Below, piece after piece: positions 40,595-53,850 of a DNA stretch of 64,000 bases (the first letter of the stretch is position 1; every line of letters begins with the position of its first letter). The position numbers were made by a program, and so were the translations under genes. Location of the stretch: NCBI RefSeq assembly GCF_963921235.1, contig NC_086107.1:98086001-98150000 (forward strand). The letters are read 5' to 3'. The stretch comes from Mobula hypostoma. Taxonomy: Eukaryota. Under the pieces are notes generated by a model that saw nothing but the letters and a program-made list of their open reading frames with translations, was not told where the DNA came from and did no database searches.

Positions 40595-42570
40595 GTCATA
40601 GAAAACTACAGCACAAACAGGCCGTTCGGCCCAGCCAAGCAATGCCAAACAATTTAAACATCCTAGTCCCATCGCCCTTCATACCACTCCCATCCAAACC
40701 TCTCTTAAAAACGTTGAAATCAAAATCGCATGCACCACTTGCACTGCCAGCTCGTTCCACACTCACCATGCTCTGAGTGACCCTCATGTTCCCCCAAAAC
40801 ATTTCACCTTTCACCCTTAACCCATTACCTCTAGTTACCTCACCCATGCTCAGTGGAAAAAGCTTGCCTGCATTTACCCTATCTACACCTGTCACAATTT
40901 TGTGTACCTCTGTCAAATCTACCCTCAATCTTCTACATTGCAGGGAATAAAGTTCTAACCTATTCAATCTTTCCTTATAACTCAGGTCCTCTATTCTCAG
41001 CAACATGTAAATTTTCTCTACACTCTTCAACCTTATTTACATCTTTCCTGTTGGTAGGTGAGCAAAACTGCACACAATACTCCAAATTAGATCTCACCAA
41101 CATCTTATACAACTTCCACACAACATCCCTAAGTACTCAATACTTTGACCTATGAAGGCTAATGTGCCAAAAGCTTTCTTTATAACCCTATCTATCTGTG
41201 AAGCCACTTTCAATGAATTATGGACCTGCATCCCTTTGTTTTATCCCACTCCTCAGTGCCCTTCCGCTCACTGTGTAAGACCTACTCTGGCTGGTCTCCC
41301 AACGTGCATTTCTTATACTCAAGCATCTCATTTGTTCCTACCTACTATAAACCTCCATATTTTTCTTAACTGGGGCCTCAATAACTCTTGAACACGAAGG
41401 TTCCCTAAACCTGTTATCCTTCTCTTTTATTCTGACAGGCACACATAAGCTTTGTACTCTCAACATTTCACCTTTGAAGGCTAGCCAGATCCTTTCTGAT
41501 ACCATCAGAGTTGGCCTTTCTCCAATTTAGAATCTCAACCCGCAGTCCGGACCCATCCGTTTTGCATATTTACTTTGAAACTAATGGCATTATGATCAGT
41601 AGATGCAAACTGCTCCCCAACGGAAACTTCTGTCAACTGCCCTGTCTCACTCCCTAACAGCAGATCAAGTATCGCGCACTCTCTCATTGGGACTTCTACA
41701 TACTGACCAAGGAAACTTTCCTGAACACATTTGACAAACTCTATCCCATCTAGTGTTTTTACAGAATGGTATTCCCAGTCAATTTGTGGCAAATTAAAAT
41801 CACTTACTTTAACAACCTCATGTTTCTTGCAGCAGTCTGCGATCTCTCTACAAGTGTGTTCCTCTAAATCCTGCAGACTGTTGAGTGGTCCACAATATAG
41901 CCCAATTAACATGAACATACCTTTCCTATTTTATTCTGAGAGGCACACATAAGCTTCGTACTCTCAACATTTCACTTTTGAAGGCCTCCCACTTACTAAG
42001 TACACCTTAGCCAGAAAACAGTCTGTCCCAATCCACACGAGCCAGATCCTTTCTAATACCATCAGAATTGGGCAAAAAGCATTATCAGGGATGCATCTCA
42101 CCCTAAGCATGGACTTTATACTCTCCTTCCATCCGGTAGGCGCTACAGGAGCCTCCGCTCCCGCACCAGCAGGCACAGGAAGAGCTTCTTCCCTGAGGTT
42201 GTGACACTGCTGAACCTCACATCACAGAGCTAAGCAGTATTGCATCCGTACTGTACTGTCCCAGTACTTCTATATTTGTGTGCTGTAACACTTTTTTTAT
42301 TCACAGTTATTTTGTAAATAACACTTCTTTGCATTTCTGGTCAGATGCTAAAAGCATTTCACTGGTTTTGTATCTGTACTCGGCACAATGGCAATAAAGT
42401 TGAATCTAATCTAATACTCAGTTCCACCCATAAAACTTCACTAATGAGTCCTGACTGAGTACTGCCATGACATTTTCCCTGACCAGTAAGGCCACTACCC
42501 CCACCATCATGTCTAAAACAACAGAAACTCGGAATACTGAGCTGCCAGTCCTGCCCCTGCTGCAAACTTA
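40595..42570 (-). mobile_element. CR1 fragments (3' end, endonuclease) with nested Rex1 3' end at about 42075-42413 (+)
   Basis: Translation DLSYKERLNRLELYSL, DFNLPQIDW, ILDLLLG, DHNAISF. The nested piece ends AATAAA...(AATCT)n. Confidence 0.8.
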
Positions 42571-42884
42571 CTGATAAAGGCACCCACTTTCACATCCAAT
42601 ATTTGTTATACAAACAAGCAACAGGGGATAAAACTTATCCCTACTTATCATCAACCTTGTTAAACTCTAATGCCTTTGGTAAAGTCACATTTTCCCCCAA
42701 AGTCATTTCACCCCAGGTTTTTTCTTTAACAGCTTTCCTCCCCACGACATGTAATCCAAGTCACCCGGTACCCCCTCATGCATTCAAAGGACAAGAGAAG
42801 TTTGCTACATGACACCATCCCAGCACCAGGTGAGCATGGTTACAAAGCTCCTGCAGCTTCAGCAACCTTACATGGTGACTACTG

Positions 42885-43545
42885 ATGGTTAGAACGTGGG
42901 TGTGGTGAGGACCTGCAAGTACCTGGGGGTGCCACTGGATGACAGACTTGAATGGAGCACCAACTCGCAGACTGTGTACAAGGACCGGAGTCGCTTCTAC
43001 TTCCTGAGGGGACTGAGGTCCTTTGGAGAATGCAGGCCTCTCCGTCACATGTTCTACCAGTCTGTTGTCGCCAGTACAATCTTCTCTGCGGCGGTGTGCT
43101 GAGGCAATGGTATCAACATGGGTGATGCCAACAGGCTCAATAAACTGATTAGAAAGGCTGACTCTGTTATAGGAGTCAAAATGGACACACTGGAGGCTGT
43201 TGTAGAACAAAGGACCCTCTGGAAAATCCTGGCAATGTTTCTCACCCCCTGCATGTCACATTCGGCTGAACAGAGGAGCACTTTTAATAATAGACCAAGA
43301 CAAGTATGCTGCTCCAAAGAGCGCAATATGAGGTCATTCTTACCCTCAGCCATGAGGCTCTACGATGAGTCAACTTATAGCTGGGAAAGTGATTCCCCCA
43401 ACCCCCTCCCCTTCCCCGTTAGATTGTTTGAGGTAACTTATTTTTTCTTTCTTACTTCTCTTCTAATCCTTGTATATTTGTGCACTTGTACTGCTACCGT
43501 GACACTGTAATTTCCTTCAGGATCAATAAAGTATCTACCTATCCT
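42885..43545 (+). mobile_element. Rex1/Babar-type LINE 3' fragment
   Basis: Translation KYLGVPLDDRLEWS..N, MFYQSVVASTIF, RLNKLIRKA, RSFLPSAMRLY; AATAAA followed by a tatc tail. Confidence 0.85.
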
Positions 43546-44079
43546 AACAGCCAAAACACTACAAACCAACAAACGCAATTCGTCATGGTCACACCAGGAC
43601 TGAGATACTGAAACCAGTTCACTCAAAGTGAGACAAGTGGACAGGGTGCTAGAATCTGGTACTAATACAGGGTCATAAACAGAGAGCGAAGGCTTCAGAT
43701 TGCTTTTACGGAACAGTAGCAGACATGACGGGCCAAGTGGCCTCCCCCTGAATTAAATACCAGGCAGCCGGGGAAGAATTGGGCACATGGACACCGAGTA
43801 AATCTGCAGATGCTGGAAATCCAAACCAACACACGAAACGCTGGAGGAACTCAGGTCGGGCAAGAGGAAACTTCAACGTTTCGGGCCGAGACCTTTCATC
43901 AGGGCTGGGGAACTGGGGACATATTGTTCTCCGGTGATCCAAAGTTAAAGTCCCAGAAAGGGAACAGAAAATCCTCTCATCTGTAATGCATCTTAATCTT
44001 TTTAGTACTGTCTAATATTAGCATCTCCTATGACACCTCCATGCACTTAGTGGTCAAGTGCCCAGATCGGATGGGGTTC

Positions 44080-44640
44080 TCGTTTGTTCCCAGCGAAGGC
44101 GGAGTGCCACCGATCCCCACCCACAGAAACCCCAGGATAAGCGGTCACCTGTCCGGAGCCTCCTCGGTCACGTTGCCCGCATCAGGAGCCGCCCGCCGGC
44201 CAGCCGAAAGCCCCTCCGGGGAAGGCAGGAGCCCAGAAGGTGCGCCCAACGGAAATGAGATGCAAACCTTCCCTAGCAGCACCGAGATAACGGGTTCTCA
44301 CGGCAGGCCTTCTCGGGGCCCGGCAGCGCAGCGCAGCCGCTTCAGGCACGTACGGACCGGGCTGCAGGACTCCTCATCACGGCCGAACTCGCCGACGCCG
44401 GAATAATAGCCGCCGCCCGCCGCCCCAGGTGAGCCTCAGCCCCGCCGCAACGCTTCAACTGCGACGCTGCCCTCCCTCCAATCAGACGTCGTTCACCGCT
44501 TAACGGCTGGCCGGGTCGCCGCGTCTATTGGTCAAGCGTCCGTCAATCAAAAACGTCTTTTTTCTCTCATTGGCTGCCGTATTCAAAAGCAACATTTTCC
44601 ACTGTGTGTTATCACAACGGTTCGGCTGGCTGCGAATTAA
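44080..44640. promoter_or_regulatory. SUN2: CpG island / probable SUN2 promoter and non-coding first exon
   Basis: Only strongly CpG-rich non-repeat block in the window. CCAAT boxes at 44478-44482 (+), 44527-44531 and 44569-44573 (ATTGG); GC-box-like gccgcccgcc near 44410-44425; minus-strand donor CAG|gtgacc at 44149/44148. Confidence 0.72.
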
Positions 44641-46231
44641 AGACACAGGCACACAGGGACTCGTGGAAAAACTCTCGGCTGGCAGGACTTCAGTCGGGGG
44701 GAAAGAGTTATTGGACAAGAATGAAAAGCACAAATTTGCCTAAACTTTCCAATTATGCTGCAGGGTGATAACATTCATCTACTATCAATAAACTTTTTGA
44801 CCCATTTGCTCTTTCAAAGGGCAACATTCCCTTTGCCCAAATTCCCTTCAAATCCACCCCTTTCAATTATAAACCAATTCCCTTCTAGATCTGCATCCAA
44901 TAGCCCACCAAGCTGGCTGTTTTAAGTGCTTGCCAATCCTATAAGACATGTTTCAAAGTAGATTTATTATCAAAGTATGTATGCAGTATACAGCCCTGAA
45001 ATTCTCCTTCTTGTTTCTGTATTTTGTTATCTAGCCACTTTAACTCAATACCTCTGACTATCAAAACCTCAGTCACTGCAAATAACTTCTCTTTATTTAA
45101 ACCCTTCGCAATTTTAATGAAGGGTCTCAGCCTGAAACGTCGACTATACTTTTTTCCATAGATGGTGCCTAGAGTTCCTCCAGCATTTTGTGTCTGTTGC
45201 TTGGATTTCCAGCATCTGCAGATTTTCTCTTATTCAGTTTTGATATCTGCTCTGTTCCAAAGAAACATTCTCACCTTCCCTTGCCCAACCATGTACTAAT
45301 TCGTCATTTCTGGAACGTCCCAGTAAATCCCTTTGCGCCCCCTCCAAAACCTTACCATCCTTCAGAACCTTGGGGAGCCCAGGACTGGAACAGAACACAA
45401 CACAGGATTCAAATGATATTTCATAGATGTTTACTGTAACTTCCTGGTTCTGTGCCCAGAGGTCTGGTATGCTGCATTGTTTATAAAATAATTTGTTGCC
45501 TACCCAGCTCACTTTTAATTTTTTTTCCCCTCTTGGAGCATCTTTGATGTCTAAATGTCAAGCCTGACATTGAGCTAGCCACATCCAGGCATCACAAGCA
45601 AAACGAATCAGTTGGTAACACAGGAAGTGCAACGGCAGGCGATAAGTGTGAGGTGATGTGTTTTGGAAGGACTAGTAAGTTAGGATATACAGAATGAATG
45701 ATACAACCCTAGAGGGTATTGAGGAACAAAGGGACCTCTATAAGTCCCTGGAACTGGAACTAGAATTGAACCTGGTTCATTATTGTCACATGTAACAAGA
45801 CACAGTGAAAAGATTGTCTTGTGTTCTGTTCGTACAGATCAGATCATTACACAGAGTATTGAGATAGGACAGGGTAAAACAGTAACAATGCAGAATAAAG
45901 TGTAACAGCTACAGAGAAAGTGCATTGCAGGTAGACGGTAAGGGAAGATGTCATAATGGGGTTCAAAGTTCAAATTTCAAAGTAAATTTATTGTCAAAGT
46001 ATATCACCTTAAGGTTCATTTTTCTTGCAAGCATTTACAGGAAAAAGAAGTACAATAGAATTTTGCAAAATAACTATAGATAAACGGACAAAGACTAACA
46101 AATAGCAATGTGTAAAAGAAAGCAAACTGTGCAAATAAACAAAATCAAAAAGTAAATGTTATTATTAAAGTATATACATGTCACCATTAACAACCCTGAG
46201 ATTAATATTCCTGTGGATATACTCAGCAAGT

Positions 46232-46522
46232 GTGTGGGCACGTGGCCAAGTGGTTAAGGCATTGGACTAGCGACCTGAAGGTCGTGAGTTCGAGCCCCAG
46301 CCAAGGGAACGTGTTGTGTCCTTGAACAAGGCACTTAACCATACATTGCTCTGTGATGACACCGGTGCCAAGCTGTATGGGTCCTAATTGGACAACATCA
46401 GCGTTGTGGAGAGGGGAGATTTGCAGCATGGTCTTCCATACAACCTTGCCCAGGCCTGCGCCCTGGAGAGTGAAGACTTTCCAGGAGAAGATCCATGGTC
46501 TCGCAAGACTAACGGATGCCTT
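46232..46522 (+). mobile_element. tRNA-derived SINE with 14-bp TSD
   Basis: A box TGGCCAAGTGG (46243-46253), B box GAGTTCGAGCC (46286-46296), central gtgtccttgaacaaggcacttaacc motif, TSD TATACTCAGCAAGT at 46218-46231 and 46523-46536. Confidence 0.88.
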
Positions 46523-48258
46523 TATACTCAGCAAGTCTATAGAATAGTAACTATAACATGATGGTATATTTAAGGCAGAAGTTGATCGTTTCCTGATCGG
46601 TCAGGACATCAAAAGGATATGGCGAGAAGGCAGTCATGATGGAATGACAGAGCAGACTTGATGGGCTGAATGGCCTAATTCTGCTGCTATGTCTTATGGT
46701 CGTATGATCAATGAAAGATTAACCAGAGTGCAGAAGACACGAATGCAAATATAAATAAATAGCAATAAATAACAAGAACATGAAATAACAAGATAAAGTG
46801 TCCTTAAAGTGAGACCATTGTTTGTAGGAACATCTCAATGGATGGGCAAGGGAGTGTAGTTATGCCCTTTTGTTCAAGAGCCTGCTGGTTGTGGGGCAGT
46901 AGTTGTTCCCAAACTTGTTCCCAAACCTGGTAGTGTGAGTATTTTTTGGATTTAGATATAAATGATGCTGAGGGCATGAATTGTAAAGAGTCCTTGAAAA
47001 TGAATCTGTAGATCATAGAATCAGTTGGGAGTCATGGTGAATTAAGTTATCCACACTGGTAGTTGTAGAGTAATAATTGACCTGGTGGTTCGGCACCTAA
47101 GGCCTCTGTACCTGCTGCTGAATGGTAGTGGTGAGATGGGAGCATGAACTAGATGCTGGAGTGTTTTTTTGATGATTGGTGCTGTTTTCTTGTGACAGTG
47201 CTCCATTTAAATGTAGTCAATGGTGGGGAGGGTTTCATCTGTGTTGGACTGGCTGTATCCACCAGGTAGATGGTGAGATCAGGAGTCTAACTTACTGTGC
47301 TAGGGAATTAATAGTCTTATACAGCGGAGTAGAGGCTGTCTTTGAGCCCAATGAGATATGCAGAAGTTTTGCCTTCACTAGCCGGAGACTAGAACATAAA
47401 AACAGAAGGATTATGGTGTAACTTTAAAAAATTGGTTTGCTCACAAATGGAGAACTGTATAGAGTTCTGGTCACTACACTACATGAAGAATGTGATTGCG
47501 TTGGAAAGAGTGCAGAGGAGATTCTGCCTGGGCTGGAATTTTTCAGTCGTCGGGAAGGTCTGGATAGGCTGGGCTGGAGAGGAAGGTCCTGAGGAAGGAC
47601 AACGTTATGCGAGGTATGGATGGAGTAGATAGTGATACACTGAGTTCCTCCAGTGCCTTTGTGTGTCACTCTAGATACCAAGAAACATTGGCAGGCCTAA
47701 GATCAGGGGGCATAGGGCTTAAGGTAAAGGATAGAAGATTTAGAGGAATATGAGGATGAATCTTTTCACCTGGATGCTGGTTGAAATCTAACAGGGCGGT
47801 GGAGTTAGAGACCCTCAGATTTAAATGAGCACGAAGACCACAGAATGAGTGCTGGGAAATAGGATTGATGGTATTGGATGCCAGCTATGGAAAGGTTGGG
47901 CCAAGGGGCTGTATGAATCCATGACTTCATGGCTTTCTGCACTGAGTTTTATATGCTGTATTTCCCCCCGTTCCCATCAGCTTTTCACTGCTGTCGGTGC
48001 TGTTTATTACACTTCCTGTTTCTACATGCTCTGCACATTTTTTTTTCAGGTTTTGCTCAACATCCCAAGGTCTTTCGCATACTGGTACTGCAGCCTGAGC
48101 TCCCTATCAGCCTTCCTCTGCTGGTCCAAGACACACACCCAGACGCCACCGCAGCTCAAAGAGTCATGGAGTCATCCAGACCCTTCGGCCCACAGAATCT
48201 GTGCTGTCAACTATCAATGATACCACAATAATCCCATTTACTTAATTCTTCCATATTC

Positions 48259-51200
48259 TCATCAACTTCCCCCAGATTCACAGTGGGGGCAATTTACACT
48301 GGCTGGACAACCTACCGACCCGCACATTATTGGGGTGTGGAAGGAAACTGGAGCACCCAGGTGAAACCCACATGGGTCACAGAGAAAACGTACAAACTCC
48401 ATACTGACTGCACTGGAGGGCAGGATGGAACTCAGGCCTCTGGCACTACAACACTGCGGCTCTATCAGTTGTTCCTCTTGTCACTCGGGCTTCCATATTA
48501 CTGATAAGAACTAAAGACATTTCATCAAACACATTCTGAAAATCTGAGCCAACCTAATTTTGGCCTTATCATGGCAATAGAGAAGGCCATGGGCCAACTT
48601 GTCAGAATGTGACATCTCACCTGTCACCTGCCGACCTGTACTCCTTTTCCTCCCCTAACCTTCTTTTCCTGGCTGCTGCCCCCTTCCTTTCCTGCCTTGA
48701 TCAAGATTCTTGGCCCGAATCGTTGACTGTTTATTCCCCTCCATGAAAGCTGCCTGATCTGCTGAGTTCCTCCAGCATTTTGTCTGTCTACTAGAATCTC
48801 TTCTAGCGCTAGTGTCGGTGTCTCTTTTGTTACTCCCTGCACATCCAAGAAAATATTAATTTACTTCCATATTATTGCTTCTAAAAGTTTTCCACAGGAT
48901 CATAAAGGAATTCCATGGCCTCTCACTCTCCTTTCTTGAACATGGTTCCAACAAGTGCAAACACCCTGGGTCCCTGGCATCATCCTTGTATCCAAAGAAG
49001 CCTGGAAGATGTGGGAGCACCTGTGTAGTTTCCATTCTCAATGTCCTCAGCAGCTGGGATCCACCCAACCAGACTGAATAATATCTGCTTTGTCACTATA
49101 TAAGTACTTCCCCTTTGGCTATTTTAATCTCGTTTTAACCACCATAGCTTTGGGAGGCTGAGGGGGTGATAAAATAGGACATGTAGAGAGGAAGTTATAC
49201 TCGAGGTGTGGGACACAAGAGACTCGGTGGCAAAAGCGGGGTTAAACAGCCAGTGCAGAGTTCCCCCTCAACAACAGGCGTACCAGTTTGGATACTTTTG
49301 GTGACCTAGCAAAGGAAAGTCACTGCATTCAGGTCTCTGGCACTGAGTCTGGCTCTGTGACTCAGAAGGAAAGGGGGGGGGGGAGAAGAGATGAGCTGTA
49401 GTGACAGGGGATTTATTAGTTAGAGGAACAGAAAGGAGCTTCTGTGGACGAGAATGAGGTTCTGGATGGTGCCAGTGCCCGGGACACTTGGATCAAGTCC
49501 TCAGCATTCTGAAGTGGGAGGGCGAGCAGCAGAGGTGGTGGTCCATGTAGGTACCAATGACTTGGGTAGGATGAGTGATGAGGTTCTGCAAAGGGAGTTC
49601 AGGGAGTTGGGTGCTAAGCTGAAGAACAGGACCTCCAGGGTTATGATCTCAAAATCGCTACCCATGCCACGTGCTAGTGAGGCCAGAAATAAGAAGATCA
49701 TACAGTTTAATACATAGCTAGGAAGCTGGCGTAGGAGGGAGGATGCCAGATTTTTGGATCATTGGGCTCTCTTCCAGGGAAGAAAGGTGGGACCTGAAGG
49801 GACAAAGTTTGCACCTGAACTGGTGGGGGCCTAATATCCTAGAGGGAAGGTTTGATGGTGCTACGCGGTGCTGGAAATGGGGGTTAAACTAGAATTATAC
49901 AGGGATGGGAACCGGATTGCCAGAAAAATTAGTGGAGAGGTTGTGGAGACAGATGTTGTTAAGACCTCAAACAAAGTCAAGAACCGAAAGGCTGAGCATG
50001 GTGCGACTCGTGTTTTGAGATGCATATATTTCAATGCAAGAAGTATCGTTGGAAAGGCAGATGTGCTCAGGGGATGGATCAACACCTGGAATTATGATAT
50101 TATACCTATTACTGAGAATTGGTTGCAGGAGGGACAGGACCAGCAGCTCAATATTCTGGGGTGATGTCGTTTTAGACCCGACAGACTGGGAGGGATTAAA
50201 GAGGGAGGAGTGGCATTTCCAGTCAGGGGAAATGTCACGGCAGTGGTCAGTCAGGACAGATGGGAAAACTCATCCAGTGAGCTTTATGGCTGGAACTCAG
50301 GAATAAGAAAGGTATGACCACGTTAATGGGGCTATAATATAGACCACCTAACAGGTCATGGGATTTAGAGGTACAAAGTTGTAGAGAGATTACAGACTGT
50401 TACAAGAAACATAACGTTGTTATAGTAGGTGATTTTAACTTTCCACATATTGACTGGGACGTCCATACTGTAAAGGGGCCAGATTGGATAGAGTTTGTCA
50501 AATGTATTCAGGATAATTTCCTTAATCAGTACATTGAAGTCCAAACAAGAGAGTGTACAATATTTGATCTGTTATTAGGAAATGAGACAGGGCAGGGCAA
50601 GTGACAGGAGTTTGAGTAGGGGAACACTTTGCATCTTGTAATCACAATGCCATTAATTTCAAAGTAAGTATGTAAAAAGATAGGCCTGGCAGGGGTTGAG
50701 TTTCTAAATTGGAGAAAGGCCAATTTTGATGGTATCAGAAAGGATCTGGCAAGTGTGGATTGGGACAGTCTGTCTTCTGATAAAGGTGTACTTGGTAAGT
50801 GGAAGGTCTTCAAAAGAGAAATTTTGAAAGTTCAAAGCTGGGTTAAGGAAAAAGAGGAGGTCCATAGCAGGTAGGAACAGAAGGAGGGCTTAAGGAGTTT
50901 AAGAAATGCAAGCGAACACTTAAGAAAGAAATCAGAAGAGATAAAAGAAGGCATGAGGTTGCCAGACAAGTGAGGGAGAATCCTAAGGGATTCTACAGAC
51001 ATGTTGAGCCAGAGGATTGCAAGGGACAAAATGGTCGTCTGGAAGACCAGAATGGTGATCTACGCATGGAGCCAAAAGAGACGGGGGAGATTGTAAATAG
51101 GTTTAAAGAGGTCCTTTTGCAGTTGTACAGGGCCCTGGTGAGACCACACCTGGAATATTGTGTACAGTTTTGGTCTCCAAATTCTAGCTATTGAGGGAGT

Positions 51201-53500
51201 GCAGTGTAGGTTCACGAGGTTAATTCCCGGGATGGAGGGACTGTCATATGTTGAAAGATTGGAGCAACTGGGCTTGTATACACTGGAATTTAGAAGGATG
51301 AGAGGGGATCTGATTGAAATGTATAAGATTATTAAGGGATTGGACACGCTAGAGGCAGGAAACATGTTCCTGATGTTTGGGGAGTCCAGAACAAGAGGCC
51401 ACAGTTTAAGAATAAGGAGTAGACAATTTAGAACGGAGTTGAGGAAAAATTTTTTCACACAGAGGGTTGTGGTTCTGTGGAATGCTCTGCCTCAGAAGGC
51501 AGTGGAGGCCAATTCTCTGGAGTCTTTCAAAAAGGAGTTAGATAGAACTCTTAAAGATAGCGGAGTGAAGGGATATGGGGAGAAGGCAGGAAAAGGGTAC
51601 TGATTGTGGATAAACAACAGGAATTCTGCAGATGCTGGAAATTCAAGCAACACACATAAAAGTTGCTGGTGAACACAGCAGGCCAGGCAGCACCTCTTCC
51701 TAGAGATGCTGCCTGGCCTGCTGCATTCACCAGCAACTTTTATGTGTGTTGACTGATTGTGGATGATCAGCCATGATCACAGTGAATGGTGGTGCTGGCT
51801 CGAAGGGCTGAATGGCCTACTCCTGCACCTATTGTCTATTGTTTGTTGTCTATTGATTTTATGCATCTATATTTACTCGGGAGACAGACACAGAGTCTGT
51901 AGATGTAGCAAAGCATGAGTGAGGTCATGGACCTTATACAGATTACAGAGGAGGAGGTGTTTGCTGCTTGAGGCAAATTAGGATGAACAAATCCCCAGGG
52001 CCTTACAAGGTGTTCCCTTAGACCCTGTGGGAGGCAAGTGCCAAAACTGGAGAAGCTTTAGCAGAGATATTTAAGTCATCCTTAAGAGAGGTGAGGTACC
52101 AGAGGGTTGGAGGCTAGCTAATGTTCCACTGTTTAAGAAAAACTCAAAAAATAAGCCAGGAAGTTATAGGCTGGCGAGCCTCACAGCAGTAGCAGGAAAG
52201 ATTGGAAAGTCTTCTGAAGGACCAGATACATGATTGTTTGGATAGACAAAGACTGATTAGGGATAGTCAACATGGTTTTGTGCATCGTAAGTTGTGTCTA
52301 ACCAATGTTATAGAGATTTTTGAGGAAGTTACCAGGAAAGTTGATGAAGTCAAGGCAGTGGATGTCGTTTACATGGACATTAGCAAGGCTTTTGACATGG
52401 TCCTACACTGGAGCTTGTTCAAGAAGTTCAGTTGCTCGGCATTCAAGATGAGATAGTATATAGGATTAGACATTGGCTTAGTGGGAGAAGCCCGAGAATA
52501 ATAGAAGATGGTTGTCTCTCTGACTGGAGGCCTGTGACTAGTAGAGTGCTGCAGGAATCGGTGCTAGGTTCTTTGTTGTTTGTCATCTATATCAAAGTTC
52601 TGAATGATAATGTGGTCGACTGGATCAGCGAATTTGCGGATGACACCAAGATTGAGTGTGTAGTGGGCAGCGAGGAAGACCATTAAAGCTTGCAGTGGGA
52701 CCTGGACCAACTGAAAAATGGCAGGTGGAATTTGATGCAGACAAGTGTGAGGTGTTGCACTTCGGTAGGACCAACCAGGGTAGGTCTTACACAGTGAACG
52801 GTAGGGCGCTAAAGAGTGTGATAGAACAACGAGATCTGGGAATATAAGTCCATAATTCATTGAAAGTAGTGGCACAGGTAGACAGGGTCGTAAGAAAAGC
52901 TTTTGGCACATTGGCCTTCATAAATCCAAGTGTTGACTACAGATGGGATGTTATGTTGAAGTTGTATAAGACATTGGTGAGGCCTAATTTAGAGTATTTT
53001 GTGCAGTTTTGGTCACCTACCTACAAGAAAGATGTAAATAAGGTTGAAAGAAGATAGAGAAAATTTCCAAGGATGTTGCCGGATCTGGAGCACCTGATTA
53101 TAGGGAAATATTGAATAGCCCAGGAGTTTTGTGCCCAACTGGCTGCACCAGTACTCTGTCTTCCCTTGTACTGTCAATGTTCCTTTTAAGGTCCTCAGCA
53201 TTCTCAACTTCAACCTGTCTCTATCCACTCTTTTATTTTCCTTCTAACCCTGTCAGAATATTTACATCCTCAATCCCTCCTTAATTATGCAGCTTAACTC
53301 TGTTATGTGCAACACACACAAAATGCTGGAGGAACTCAGCAGGCCAGGCAGCATCTAGGAAGAGATGTTTTGGTCTGAAATCCCTTGTTTATTCACTCTG
53401 TTATATTCTGACTCTCTCTACTCTCCCCTTTCTCACTGTCTCTCTTTCTCTTTTCCTCCCTCTCCCACCACACCCTTTTCTTTTCTCCATCTCCCTCTCC
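48259..53500 (+). repeat. Segmental duplication copy B, interrupted by about 4 kb of CR1 (49108-53124)
   Basis: 48259-48524 matches 35278-35544; 48549-49107 matches 35932-36488; 53125-53307 matches 36495-36672. Confidence 0.85.
49170..53118 (+). mobile_element. CR1 LINE near full length, decayed, with a second CR1 3' end nested at about 51095-51855
   Basis: Motifs VVVHVGTNDLG, CIYFNARSIVGK, VGDFNFPHIDW, DSQHGF, FADDTK. The nested copy encodes LEFRRMRGDLIE...FFTQRVV.LWNALP. Confidence 0.92.
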
Positions 53501-53850
53501 CTCCTTTCTTTTCTCATCCCCCTTTCTCACTTCTTTCTTTTTCCCCCTCTCTATTCCTCTCCCTCCTTCACACTTTCTCCTTCTCTTTACCTCTTTCTTT
53601 CCCTCCTCTCCTTTACCCTCCCCCTATCTATCTCCTTCCATCTCTCCCTTCCTTCCTTCCTTCTCTCACTCCCTCTCTCCCTCTCCCTCCCTTTCCTTCC
53701 TTCCCTCTCCCAATCCCTCTCCCCCCATTGCCCTCCCTCTTCCTCCTTCTCATCCTTGTCCCTCCCTCCATCTTGCTCCCACTCCCTCACCCTCATCTTC
53801 TCCCTCATCCTCTCCCTCACCCTCTCCCTCACCTTCCCCCTCTTCTCATT
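53400..53850. repeat. CT-rich low-complexity tract
   Basis: Almost pure pyrimidine on the + strand. Confidence 0.9.

Noticed and set aside
46236..46310. tRNA gene
   Set aside because: A and B boxes are present, but the acceptor and anticodon stems do not pair, there is no oligo-T terminator, and it is the head of a TSD-flanked SINE.
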